From Schizochytrium sp. TIO01 (lineage: Eukaryota; Protista; Bigyra: Labyrinthulomycetes): a stretch of 64,000 bases of DNA. Position 1 is the first letter of the stretch. Every line of letters starts with the position of its first letter. The translations under genes were made by a program, and so were the position numbers. The stretch is taken from NCBI GenBank assembly GCA_004764695.1, contig SMSO01000032.1:7162483-7226482 (forward strand), given 5' to 3'. The notes below the pieces were generated by a model that saw only the letters and a program-made list of their open reading frames with translations, was not told where the DNA came from and did no database searches. Shown here piece by piece: positions 11,717 to 23,205 of the stretch.

Positions 11717-13600
11717 ATGAGCTCTCCATCTCGAGAAAAAGAAGGTCCCATGAAGAAAGACAGACCAACGTCTGATGAGGATCATGCTGCAGATGACCAT
11801 GACGAGGAGGATACGTATGATGATGCCGACCCAGGTGAGCGTATGATACAGAGTCGAGACACAAAGGGGCGAAAAGAAGGGGATGATGAGGATGAAGAAG
11901 ATGATGGAGGCGTGACTGGAACTGATGATGAGGGGACTTCTCCACAAAGCAAGTCACCCGTACGCCGACGGCCCTACTCTTATAGTGATCTCGGCTTTAG
12001 CAGCTGGGGCGAACGGCCTTTGCAGTGGGATGCCGGCACTTGTCTTGGTGTGGACTTTGGAGGCACATTATCCAAGATTGTGTTTTTTGAGCCCAAGGAA
12101 GTGCCAGGGTATGCGAGCCCCCTTGCAGAGTATTTGCTGAACAAGACAACATACGGTAATTCCGGCGTTCGTGATTCACATTTATCATTTTTCTCAGACA
12201 AGCTTGGTGGGAGACTCCATTTTATCAACTTCGAGACGTCTCATACACATGGAGCTATAAAGGTGTTGAAGAACATGGGAGTACACAACATCCGCCGTGT
12301 CCATGCTACTGGAGGTGGCGCATTCAAATTTAGCCAACTCATTAAAGATGAACTTGGTATTCGCCTTTTGAAGCAGGACGAACTGGAAACAGTTGTGCGT
12401 GGTATTATCTTCACCCTTCTTGAGCATCCAGATAGTGAGTGCTACTCGTATGAGCCCGATCTCGAAGGCCTCACTGAATCTGGCCAAAAGGGTCGCCACC
12501 ATGGTGTATCGCACGACGCACTTTCTTATGAAATGCGTAAGGTTCCGCGGCCAATGCCTGTGTCTAAGGGATCATTTTTCCCACTTTTGGTGGTCAACAT
12601 CGGTTCTGGTGTTTCAATCATCAATGTCACGTCCCCGACTACGTTCAAGCGTGTCAGTGGTACTGCCGTAGGAGGTGCTACATACTATGGCTTGTGCAAG
12701 CTTCTCTGCCGATGCGACTCTTTTCAAGAGGCCATGGATCTTGCCGAGCTTGGCGATTCACGCGATGTAAACCTTACAGTGCAAGATATCTATGGTGGAT
12801 CCTACGACCAAGCAGGCCTTGGTGCGGAAGTCACCGCTTCCTTCTTTGGTAAAGCAGCTGCCGCACGAGGTCGCGTACGAACGAAGCGCAGTCGGAAGCG
12901 TCGTTATATTTCCTATCTAGAGCGCCTTGCACTTGTAATTCTCTCTCTTCTTACAGCAAATCTTCTCGTTGGAGCTTATGTGTCAATCGGTTCTGGGGAA
13001 TTCGGATTACGAGATATTGTGTTTATGCTCCTTCCCATCGGTATTGCATACCTCGTGTTCTGGTCGAATGAAGCCAAGTTAACTTCTTCTCATCCGCCAG
13101 ATGATTTAGCGGTAATGGCAGGGCCCCTTCATGCAAAGCGAAACAGCGGAGACAAGGCAACTCTATTCGAAGAGGCAGATATTGCGCGCGCACTAGTAGT
13201 CATGGTTGCTCAGAATGTCACTCAGGTAGCTTTTTTGAATGCAAAGGTACACAAGTCGCAACGTGTTCTATTCACTGGTAATTTCTTGCGACACAACCGC
13301 ATTGCCTTGCGTGCGCTTTCTTCAATGATGCAGTTATGGTCTCAAGGCAGTATCCAAGCTCTTTTCATGGAGCATGAAGGCTACTTCGGTGCAATTGGAG
13401 CTTTTCTGTATTCAATTGATAAAAATGCCCAACGCCATCCAGACGATGATACAGATGATCCAGCTGAATCTGTCACCAGTAGCGAGCCAAGTGATGATGA
13501 AATTGATGTCATTCAGGATCTCTTGTTCCGGGGCGGATTTCCACGTCGACGAACAACGCATATGGACAATTCAGAGGGCCACCAAACTACAGCTCAGTAG
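11717..13600 (+). CDS. PANK: Type II (fumble) pantothenate kinase with an inserted transmembrane hairpin
   Basis: Motifs GVDFGGTLSK, ATGGGAFKF, DELE, LVVNIGSGVS, RVSGTAVGGAT, DIYGG, ASFFGK, FTGNFLR and EHEGYFGAIGA. Confidence 0.93.
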   Translation: MSSPSREKEGPMKKDRPTSDEDHAADDHDEEDTYDDADPGERMIQSRDTKGRKEGDDEDEEDDGGVTGTDDEGTSPQSKSPVRRRPYSYSDLGFSSWGERPLQWDAGTCLGVDFGGTLSKIVFFEPKEVPGYASPLAEYLLNKTTYGNSGVRDSHLSFFSDKLGGRLHFINFETSHTHGAIKVLKNMGVHNIRRVHATGGGAFKFSQLIKDELGIRLLKQDELETVVRGIIFTLLEHPDSECYSYEPDLEGLTESGQKGRHHGVSHDALSYEMRKVPRPMPVSKGSFFPLLVVNIGSGVSIINVTSPTTFKRVSGTAVGGATYYGLCKLLCRCDSFQEAMDLAELGDSRDVNLTVQDIYGGSYDQAGLGAEVTASFFGKAAAARGRVRTKRSRKRRYISYLERLALVILSLLTANLLVGAYVSIGSGEFGLRDIVFMLLPIGIAYLVFWSNEAKLTSSHPPDDLAVMAGPLHAKRNSGDKATLFEEADIARALVVMVAQNVTQVAFLNAKVHKSQRVLFTGNFLRHNRIALRALSSMMQLWSQGSIQALFMEHEGYFGAIGAFLYSIDKNAQRHPDDDTDDPAESVTSSEPSDDEIDVIQDLLFRGGFPRRRTTHMDNSEGHQTTAQ

Positions 13601-14445
13601 TCAAGTGGATTTAATCTTTATTGCATTTAGGATAAGGATAAACTGGAGAGTGGATGGTACGAGCAATAACAGCATGTTAATGGAAATAGTGACAATTTGC
13701 TTTTTAATTTCATTATATATTTCTCCTTTATTTTTATTTATTAGTCTTGTCTTAACCGTTTGCTCTTTGCATGCTTGTTTGTATGACTTTTTTTCGTAAA
13801 CTTATCCTGGCCGTAATCATCTACATCAAGAAATGCTGATGTAATTGCTCAGGCTGTAAGATCTTTACAGATTACCCCAGGTGATGTATGTTCGTCTATA
13901 TGCCGTTTTCACAATTTCGAGCTCTCCAAATTTCACTTCCCGTAGTGACAGCTGTATCGTGGAGGGGAGCAAAGTTGTAGTAACGACAATGGGAAGGGGG
14001 CTGGGTGAAAGTCGAAGCTGAGGGCGCGTCCATCGAAATGATGGGTGATGTGTTAACTAAATAAAACAGAGATATTGGTGGGGCACATTTTCATAGTCAG
14101 CGCGCCATAAACTTTTTCGAATGGATAGTTCACAAGAGACAGCGTAGGTAGTAGTAGTAGTAGATAATAAAGACACAAACAGGCATTCGGGAATTGTTGG
14201 AGTATATGTAAACAGTCTCGTGCATCTGGCTGCCAAGTAGAAAATGAGCACAAAGGGGCATCGACTTGTCAACTGCCAAAGTGATGAAAAGGAAGAATGG
14301 GCACCAGAGAGAGATACAACTTTAAGTTGTAGCGAGACTGTAGTGGAAAGAAGCGAATGGTATTGAAAGGATATGGGGAGACTGATAAGCAAAGCAAACG
14401 TCTCTCGGAGAAGACAACGTCGCACATGCGACGAGGGCTCTATGT

Positions 14446-17400
14446 TCATTTGTTCACATGGTTCAAAATGTGGCGCCCGTACGTGAAGCGTGATAGCACA
14501 GCGTTGCGTGCATTAACTTCCTTGAAAAGACGCTCGCGCAAGGATCCCGTGGCCACTTCGTACGCCTTGGAAACTACAAAGTTTCCGTACGGATCTTTAG
14601 CAAGGTGCAAGATGATAGATCCATCAGACTCAGGTGGGTTTGGCTTGAGGCCGAGCTGTGCAGCATGAGCTCCATCTGCGTCGAGGATGGGAACAACAAG
14701 CGCTTCTAGCTGGGCCTCCGTTGCGCATTTAAGGGCCTTCTCGACCAGATGACTTCCAAACTTGTGTTTAGCAAGCTCGAGGACGTGCACAGCTACGACT
14801 CTTTGCAATTTATCCTGCTGGGCGGGAGTGCCATAAGCAAGAACGTGTCCAGCAGCAAATACACCATGCTGATCCCAGACAAGGGATCCGTAGGAACTCT
14901 CGAGACTTTTCATAATTGTAGAAATGTACGAGGAGCGGTGTGTATCGCAGTCACCAAGCACCAAAAGCACAAGTCGTGAAGCATGTTGGTTTCTGCTCAA
15001 GGAGACCGTGTCTGCTGCAATGGCGTGCTCAAGACGAGTCATCAAGGCCTCATCCTCCTTATCAAGCTTAGGGCGAGGACGCACGGGACTGCTGCCTCGG
15101 CGGCTGCCACTACCATTGCTGCCGCCGGCGCGTCCTCCGCCTCGAGATTGACCTGCACCAGACCCGTTGCGCTGCGGTTTGTCACCTCCGTTACGAACGA
15201 GCAGGTCGACAATGCGTTGGAGAACATGCGTCGCGTTTGCATCACAAGCTGTGCGACGAATGAGGTCGTCATCGGTACAAAGCTCCGCAACAAGATCTCG
15301 GCGCCACGCGGGGCTTGCGACTTCAAGAGCACGCTGCACGACACGCGTGCCGTATTGATCGAGAGACAGTGCAAGGACCTGACCCTTCATTTCTGCAAGA
15401 AGCTTTAGTCGTTGTTCTCCACTGCAGTGGACGAGAAGGTTCTGTACAACGTAATTAGCAAACACATCTTTCATGAGCTTTTGGAGATCCTGAGTTGCCT
15501 CCTCAATGAGAATGTCTCGGTCTTCGCTGGTGGCGCTCTCATTAAGGAACTGGATATGGCGGGAGCCATGACTATCGCATGCGAACTCCACCACGTGGCC
15601 CTTGAGTTCCTGCACGGAGGGTCGAAATCCTGCGTGTTTGTGTTGCTGGAGCAAGGTGGAAAATGTTTTGCCATCGAAGCTGCTGCTATCAGATCCCTCA
15701 TAAGATTCCGGAGACATCATCATATCAGATGAGCACTTGCTCCCAAGTTTCTGCTGGTGGTTTGGAGTGCTGGTGTTGTGTCCATGCATGGCAGGATTCG
15801 AGGAAGTAATTCCACTGTTGCTGTTATGGCCTTGGTTGCGTGGGTTGCGACCATTACAGTTGTTGCCACCATTGTTGCTCTGGTTACGACCTCCACGGCT
15901 GCCACGGGCACGCCCAGAGTTGCGGCTACCGCTTGAGTTGGTCGGAGACTGTGCACCACTGTTTGATCGAGTAGGAGGTACAGCAGTCTGGTGTTGCCCA
16001 GAGTTAGACGTTGGCGATCCGAGCCCCCCATTTGGCATGTGGTGTCCCATCATTGTTGGTGACATTTGAACCGGGCTTGGCGCATGCTGAGGAGGTGCTG
16101 AGTAATAAAGGTTATTTGCAGCTGCTGCAGCAGCTATTCTCTGCTGCTCGAGCATGATGAGTCTTTGCTGTTCTTGCATTTGCATCCACTGCATCATTAC
16201 CTGACTCTGCATTGTCTGGATGGCGCGAAGCTGCTCCGCCGTTGCCATGGAGATGCCTGCCGGCACGTTAGCTCCCATGGGAAAACCATACTGGCCTGCT
16301 CCGGGATATACCATACCCATCGGAAAAGCGCCGGGCATCCCGGCAGAAGTGGGTGCAGAGTTGAGCTGGCTGTAAGCCTGAGAATCGTAATGCTGCGAAT
16401 ACATTGTGGGGTCATGCAATCCCATCATGTGCTGCGGCTCGCCGCCGCTCATTGGTGCCACAGAAGCTACATGCTGGCAGGGCTGCTGTTGCGAATATTG
16501 ATGTTGTTGTTGTTGTTGTTGCTGCTGCTGGGGCTGAGAGTTACGATGGTTCGACTGTCTGCTCTGGGCATCAGATGCTTCGTTATCGTGGCCACGCTGC
16601 GCTTGGGTTTGCGGAGACACTGTAGATGAGCGAGTGTCGATAGGGCCAGACTCAATGCCACTGGTTTGGTGCTCTCGAGAAGATCCCCGTTTGGTGAGCA
16701 CTTTGTCGTGCGCTCTGCGGAGCGAGGCTTTGTCTTCGAGATCCCAGTCCAAGGATGATGATGAGGAGGAAGTGGTAGAAGCAGCGGACGAAGACTCATG
16801 CGAGGTCTTGCTTTCTAGAGGCAAACGAGGAGAAGCAGGAATTGCGGGAAGGCCTCCGAAGTTTCCGCCCAAAGACGAGAGTGACAGAAACACAGCAGAT
16901 TCCGAGGTAGCGCGTTGATGGCCACGAGCGTGGTGGTGACTAGCATGCGAGGGAGATGACGATGTTGAAGAAGAGTTGTGACTCGATTCAGCACTGTCGA
17001 AGATCGTGGGCGGAAAGGCTTTGCGAAGAGTATTTTCAGAAGAGTGAAAAATAGAATCATCATGACTTCTCATGGGCTTGCCTGCGTCGTTGGCAGCAGC
17101 TGCGGCAGCTGCAATCGAATCAAGCGGGCCAGCAAATGTGACGCTACGGCGCTTAACGTAGTGAGATCGATCAGGTCCCGAATTGCCCAAGTGCGACTCT
17201 CCACCAAGTTCCGGAATTCGCTCATCTGCATCGTGAGGGCTGCTGTTGCCCATGTCGGGTTCTTCAACTGGCTCGCGTGACAAGAGCTGATCAGGGCGTG
17301 GATCATAAAATGAGCCTGAAGAAGGTGAAGACGCTGAAGATCCACCAAAGAGCATGGAAGGGTCTCCAACAGTGACCTTGAGATCATCTGCAGCATAGCT

Positions 17401-17760
17401 GGGTGAATCAACAACAGGGTCGCTGAGCCAGTCAGAATAACTTTGAGACTTGAGTTCAAGACCCATAAGGCTTGTATGACGTGCATGGCGGGTGGGCGGA
17501 TGGGATGCAGGTGACTCTGCCGGCATAGCCAGGGCACTCATTGAAGATGTAGTCTGGTCTGCCTGGTCGAAGCCATCACGCAGCGCAGCGGCGACATCCA
17601 GCTCATCGAGCAGGTTCGGGAGGCCCATGTCATTCCATGTGGTCTGGTCCCAGGTCTTGCATTTCTTGCTGCGCTCTCTGGAGCTGCGGCTAAAGCCGGG
17701 AGGTACCACGGGGGTCGGCGCGTCGAATGCGCTACGCTCGCTTGCAGAATGCTCGTACAT
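14446..17760 (-). CDS. Pumilio/PUF RNA-binding protein
   Basis: Eight C-terminal PUF repeats (DSHGSRHIQ, DVFANYVVQ, DQYGTRVVQ ... HKFGSHLVE, DPYGNFVVS, then YGRHIL). Long S/Q/N-rich disordered N-terminus. Confidence 0.92.
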   Translation of the reverse strand: MYEHSASERSAFDAPTPVVPPGFSRSSRERSKKCKTWDQTTWNDMGLPNLLDELDVAAALRDGFDQADQTTSSMSALAMPAESPASHPPTRHARHTSLMGLELKSQSYSDWLSDPVVDSPSYAADDLKVTVGDPSMLFGGSSASSPSSGSFYDPRPDQLLSREPVEEPDMGNSSPHDADERIPELGGESHLGNSGPDRSHYVKRRSVTFAGPLDSIAAAAAAANDAGKPMRSHDDSIFHSSENTLRKAFPPTIFDSAESSHNSSSTSSSPSHASHHHARGHQRATSESAVFLSLSSLGGNFGGLPAIPASPRLPLESKTSHESSSAASTTSSSSSSLDWDLEDKASLRRAHDKVLTKRGSSREHQTSGIESGPIDTRSSTVSPQTQAQRGHDNEASDAQSRQSNHRNSQPQQQQQQQQQHQYSQQQPCQHVASVAPMSGGEPQHMMGLHDPTMYSQHYDSQAYSQLNSAPTSAGMPGAFPMGMVYPGAGQYGFPMGANVPAGISMATAEQLRAIQTMQSQVMMQWMQMQEQQRLIMLEQQRIAAAAAANNLYYSAPPQHAPSPVQMSPTMMGHHMPNGGLGSPTSNSGQHQTAVPPTRSNSGAQSPTNSSGSRNSGRARGSRGGRNQSNNGGNNCNGRNPRNQGHNSNSGITSSNPAMHGHNTSTPNHQQKLGSKCSSDMMMSPESYEGSDSSSFDGKTFSTLLQQHKHAGFRPSVQELKGHVVEFACDSHGSRHIQFLNESATSEDRDILIEEATQDLQKLMKDVFANYVVQNLLVHCSGEQRLKLLAEMKGQVLALSLDQYGTRVVQRALEVASPAWRRDLVAELCTDDDLIRRTACDANATHVLQRIVDLLVRNGGDKPQRNGSGAGQSRGGGRAGGSNGSGSRRGSSPVRPRPKLDKEDEALMTRLEHAIAADTVSLSRNQHASRLVLLVLGDCDTHRSSYISTIMKSLESSYGSLVWDQHGVFAAGHVLAYGTPAQQDKLQRVVAVHVLELAKHKFGSHLVEKALKCATEAQLEALVVPILDADGAHAAQLGLKPNPPESDGSIILHLAKDPYGNFVVSKAYEVATGSLRERLFKEVNARNAVLSRFTYGRHILNHVNK

Positions 17761-19709
17761 ATTGATCAGCCTACGTTTAAATTAAGAATGCAGAGTCTAT
17801 TCTTCAACGAATCACAGGACGTTTTAATCAATAAGATTATGATTGTCCGAATTTATTGTTCTTTTGTAAATCTGCCGTACTTGAGTAGAGTCCTATTGGA
17901 AAAGAAAGCTCAAGGAAACAAAGACCTCAAGCGTCTTCAGCCCCGCGATAAGCGTTCTTACTGACCGAGCAGATTCAACCCAGCAGTACTGCCAGACAAG
18001 AACCCACGAGGGATGGGAAGTACGACCCTGCAACCAAGACGAGTTTTACAGGTTTAAAGTATAGCGTAAGTCGAAGTGATTCTCAACTCTGCAAATTGCA
18101 TGAGCTACTGATCAAAGCGCCGTGTAACGAAAGGCAAACAAACAGTCACCTTCGCTACCGCAAACCTGGCCACGCAATGGCCCCCAGTTGCCCTGCGAGG
18201 ATTCTTTGGCCTTTTCAACACGAGCCAAGTGGCCTGCGTCTCCTTCGATCGCTCAATCGTTGAGCGATCGATCGATCGATCAGTCTCCGTCGAGTGATCG
18301 ATCGATCAATTCATGTTTGCTGGCGAAAGGCTGCTGGCGCGCGTGCCGCCAATAGCCTACTTACAGGCGCGTATTATCTACTTGCATTTCCATTTGTTTC
18401 ACTTGTGGCCCTCCATACACTGTCAACTATCCCATTTCTCGAGGGAGCTAAAGGCGCACACCCGGTGCCCTGGGCTGTTCAGCCGAAGGCCGCTGCTGGG
18501 GAGGTGTGCGCTCACCTGACAAGGTGTATCCGGAGGAAGACCTAAATAGTAAAGTGTGAGTACACACCAATGTCTGTTAAGGTCTGCACAGGAAAGTGCG
18601 CGACGCCTGGCGTGTTAACAGAAGAGACACTGAGAGGGGTTTTCCTTTAAATTCTCTCTCTCTCTCTGCTTTATCTGTTCTTTGGAAAAGAGAAAAAGAA
18701 ATACCAAAAGACTTTTTTGTCATTCCCCTTTTTTTTTAATTTAATGTTTTTTTTTGTGATGGTATGATAAGATCCGGTAGCTAATGAATAAACTAGACAG
18801 GGAAAGAAAAAAAGAAAGAAAGAAAAAATACTTACAATCCTTTTCAGAATTACTAACAAAAGTTATTAATTAAAATATAAACTGCCCAGCACGATCAGTG
18901 ATTAACATGAATCGAAGCGGGGAACTCTTTGGAAAGTCTATTATGCCAAATTTAGGTTTCTGCTCATCATTCACCCACGAATTGAGCTTCGACAGGTAAA
19001 ACCACACTAGTTTTGAACAATCAAAAACTGAGGCTACGAACGCATGTCGCGGCTTGGCAAGTTAATCTCCTCCGCCATCGAGCTTTGATCTTCCTTTTCC
19101 AATCAGCGAAGCTGACAATTCACAATAACCTGATAAATAATTCCATCATGAAAGTACTCTTTCCAGCAAAAACAAACAAACAAAAACAGAAAGCGAGGCC
19201 ATGGAAGCAACGAGGTTAAGTAGTCGCGAAGGGATCACGAGTAGGCAGAGCAGACATTCAAGAATCGACGTGAATTATGCATGTCTTCTCCAGTTCTTTC
19301 TCTACGCCGTACTGCTGATGTCATGTCGCTCCTCAATTTCTTGCCTTTCTTTCGTTGGTATTTCTTTTTTTAAAGCTATCCATTGAGTTATACATATATA
19401 TATTTATTTTTTTACTAAAACAGATGATGGTCTATTTCTGTGATAGTTTATTCATTCAGTTTGAGAAAAGCACTCCTCTCCTTTCTCCGTGCGACAGTTT
19501 CAGAGAGTCATCCGAAGATCATCACCACCAGAGTCTCAGTCGTCAGACCCAGCTTGAAACTTTTTAATAATTGGTAATGAATCGACAAACAGCCAATCAC
19601 CCGTGCCCATAGAGCGAGCAAACTACGTTATGCATTTCATTTCTTCCTGCCTTCCGTGATTCTGCATGGTTCACCAGTTTCCCGCAAACCATGTCCTCGA
19701 ATTGAGCAA

Positions 19710-19753
19710 TGAGTGAATGAGTGAATGAATGAATGAATGAATGAGTGAATGAA
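19710..19753 (+). repeat. (TGAA/TGAG)n microsatellite
   Basis: Seen directly in the sequence. Confidence 0.85.
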
Positions 19754-20515
19754 TTGCGACCGCCTTCAAATTCCGCCTTTTTTCCTCGATTTCTTCCTAC
19801 TGATTCCTCCTCAGTTTCTTTTGATTGAGTTTAATTAATTACTTCGTTCTTTCTGGCTCAATCTTTAGTCCTACTGCGAAGGTAGCTGTGGCTAGTAGCG
19901 CGACCGTAGTACAGTGCTACAGTGAGGCCGAAAGGGAGCGAAAGAAAGAGGAAGCAGTAACCCAGGAAATCTTTTCGCTTCTTCTTTGCTCGTCTCAGTC
20001 AGTCTCAAGGCTCGTGACCCTTACATGAAGAGTCCCTGTTTGTTTGGAGCCCTTCTTTATGCATCATTGCAGCGGTAGAAGTAAAAGGTAATAATCCAAC
20101 TCACGCATTCTCATCTGTCCTTTTTCTTACAGCAAAAAGAATGAATGATCACTTGTCAGCTGTCATTTTCTTTTTCTTAAGTTAATTTTAATTAAAATAA
20201 CAATAATTACTACTAAAAGTTATTTAATTTTAATAAAAATGGTAAATAGGTAAATTTCATCGTCGAATGCTTCGAAGAAGTTGCTCATGATGATCGTAGC
20301 CGCCTCATCCATCGTCCTGGTCTCCTCGCGTATCAGCAAAGGATGCCTGAGATCTTCTCGGCATTCATTTTTCCTCTCGCCTGGCAAGAATACCTGCTAT
20401 ATGGCATGCCTGATCAGTCACTTGCTCAAATTCTGTCCAAGACTAACCTGTCACGACCCCCAATACCTCTCAAGGGGAAGAAACACGTGAAGGCGGAGAC
20501 AGAACAGAACGTATT

Positions 20516-20558
20516 AGAACAGAACAGACAGAACAGACAGAACAGACAGAACAGACAG
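20516..20558 (+). repeat. CAGAACAGA 9-bp tandem repeat
   Basis: About four copies visible directly. Confidence 0.75.
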
Positions 20559-21777
20559 TCAGGTCAGAACGGCTGAAGGCGGCTGCTGGAAGCGCCACGG
20601 GTAGGCACGCGACTGACTCGCTCGCTGCAGCTCCTCCTCTCCACGCCCAGCAGAGCTTTTGACAACTGTCAATCGCTTCCCGTATTCTGATCAATCAAGG
20701 CATGGGTCAATCAATCAATCGATCGATTAGATCAGTTCTGCGTCATTGAGATCAAGTCACTCCAAGATTGATCTTGCCGTTAATAAGAGATAGATTGATC
20801 AGATACATATACATACATTCATGGCATATACTTCGAAGTTCGAGGGTCTTTCCGCGTGTGTGAGTGAGTGTGCGCGCGTGAAGATGTGATAAACTGCCCA
20901 AGTATCGATGAGCGATCGCTGCGACGGAGCCGAGGTCGGGAGAAGACGCAGGCACAGCTGAGCCAGCGAGGCCGCCTGTCGTGTCTTACGAACGCAACTC
21001 ACATATTTTGTCACAAGTTAAGCAATGATTGGAATGGGATGAACAATCATGGAGATCGACCGTCATCTCTGTCAATTCGCTACATTCATTCATTCCGGAG
21101 GACCTTGATTTGTCACGTGCCAGCCACTTCAAGCAAGCAGAACGAGGATAAGTCTGCCCTTGAAGAAGCAGGTCGCATCGTGCCGCTTGCACGCGCTCCC
21201 AGCCAAGGCGTGGGCTTTCAAAGTCCAACCCCATTACGATAAGCTCCGCAATCAATCTGGCTTCATGCGTGCAAGCGAACTGCGCTATCGGCTGGTCCCT
21301 TCTCCAATTTATTCAGGATTGGCCACGATCGATGCATGTGATTCATTCATTCATTCATTCATTTGTTCTGTTGACAGCAGATTCCATCATCTGTTTTGCT
21401 GTCTACGAATTTTAGAAACCCACAGATATTTTATGACGTCTTTTATTTTGTCTTTTATTGTAAAAGGGAAACGACCAACGGAAAGAAAGTCCTTTCAGGA
21501 TGATGTTGAGATCCTTCTGCAAACTGCGAATGAAACTTGGGCGTGCGCTCAGTTGACGGGCGAGCGAGCGAGCGAGCGAGAGAGAGAGAGAGCGAGCGGG
21601 GGAGCGGGGGAGGCCATGCATGCATAGCAGGAGCTAGCTAGCTACCTCTTGCGAGCTGAGCAGCCCCGAGGGAGGCAGGCACGCGGCGGCAGTCGAGGTG
21701 CGCTCGCGGGCTCGTGGAGCAACGCAGCTCTGCTGTTTATCGCAAGCCAAAGCAGAGCAGCTTTCTTTTTTCTTTTT

Positions 21778-21779
<2 letters not shown>

Positions 21780-21816
<37 letters not shown>
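21780..21816 (+). repeat. (TTTC)n microsatellite
   Basis: Seen directly in the sequence. Confidence 0.9.
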
Positions 21817-21817
<1 letters not shown>

Positions 21818-22137
21818 TTCCCCTTTTATTATATTTTACGCAAGCAAGCTTTAGGTTGGTTTTAATCAACTTATTGATCAACTTACTTCGTGCAAAGCGG
21901 AGAGAGAACTCGCAGAAAGCATTTCTAGTTACTGCAACGCCATCATTCGCTTTCTCGATCCTCGAAGAAGACTATGTATGAATTGTGTGACTCTTTCGCC
22001 CGTTCTGCGTAAAGAAGAACCGGCACGAGCACGAATAGTGAACGGAAAGTGAAAACGAATGTGTAACAACTTTTGCATGGAAGCACTCCTTCATATTCAT
22101 TCATTCATTTATTCATTCATTTATTTATTTACTTATT

Positions 22138-22181
22138 GATTTATTAATCGATTTATTAATCGATTTATTAATCGATTTATT
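22138..22181 (+). repeat. 12-bp tandem repeat (GATTTATTAATC)x3.5
   Basis: Three perfect copies plus a partial copy. Confidence 0.85.
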
Positions 22182-22985
22182 TGTAAAAGCGCGGCTGCAG
22201 AGAACGGTCTCCTCGACGTGGAGGTATGAACGACTCGCCTTGATTGCACACGTCTGAGACCATGAGACCATGGCCGTGCCCATGATTTATTGCATCATGA
22301 TCTTGAGTTCATTATTGTTGAGCCTCGGTAGGTATGATCTTGTCGGCTCACGGGTCATAATGGTTTCATTTCGTGTGCATTCATTCCACTCTTAGTTTCA
22401 AAGCTGGCAGTTCTGACCCTTTTTTAAAGGAGAAGAAGTGATGCATTGCCCGACGCCGTTGATTGGTCAGCCGATGCTCATCGCCCACACTCCATCAGCG
22501 GTCCTGGCCGTATGTCGATGAGCGAGATGAGCATGATCACTGGCAGCTGCAATGCTTTCCGTTCTACCCTCGAGGGCGCATGGCTGCAGCTGGGCTCCTC
22601 AATCCTGAATCACCGCCAGAATCCCAGATCTTCATCCTCTTTAGTTGTAAACAGGCCTTTCTACTCTTCTTTGTTATTGTTATTTGTTTACCTGTCTATC
22701 TTTTTTTCTTTTTTTTTAAAGTAATTTTTTTTAAAGTAATATAACCCTGGCTAAATTCAAAATGTCCCGAATTATGTCCGCAAAATATTTTTGACTAAAA
22801 TCGCCAGAAAACCCTGTAAAGATCTAAAATCGTAAATTTGATTGTATGATCATGTTGAAACAACTGTTTCCCTAAACTGAGCACGATTTCTTTGCAGAAG
22901 CAAGCGTATTGAGCTCACGCTACTCGTCCAAAAATTGGCTCACAACCTCGATAAAACGGCCTAATAGGGCAAATAGGCCTTTAGA

Positions 22986-23012
22986 TTTTCAGGACGTAAT
23001 ACGTCCTGAAAA
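22986..23012. repeat. Subterminal palindrome of the transposon (left), TTTTCAGGACGTA-A-TACGTCCTGAAAA
   Basis: Perfect 13-bp arms around 1 nt. Homologous to the right-end palindrome. Confidence 0.85.
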
Positions 23013-23205
23013 ACTGAACTTTGCATTAGCGAAAACGTATAAGAGTTTGGGTATTTTGGTTAGTTTAATAGTTTAGTTAATATAAACAATAGTAGTTTAT
23101 TTTTGCGTTGCTCAAGTCGGAGAAACATCTAAAGATGAAGATTTCGCGATAAATGAAGATTTTATATAAGCTAAATGTAATATTAATTTTTTGTGTGGAT
23201 AATTT

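Noticed and set aside
22138-22181. Tandem repeats as a possible CRISPR-like array
   Set aside because: Head-to-tail minisatellite with no spacers, in a eukaryotic context.
22440-22650. Minus-strand KIWDSGG resembling a small-GTPase G3 motif
   Set aside because: No P-loop or NKxD motif and stops close by; likely chance.
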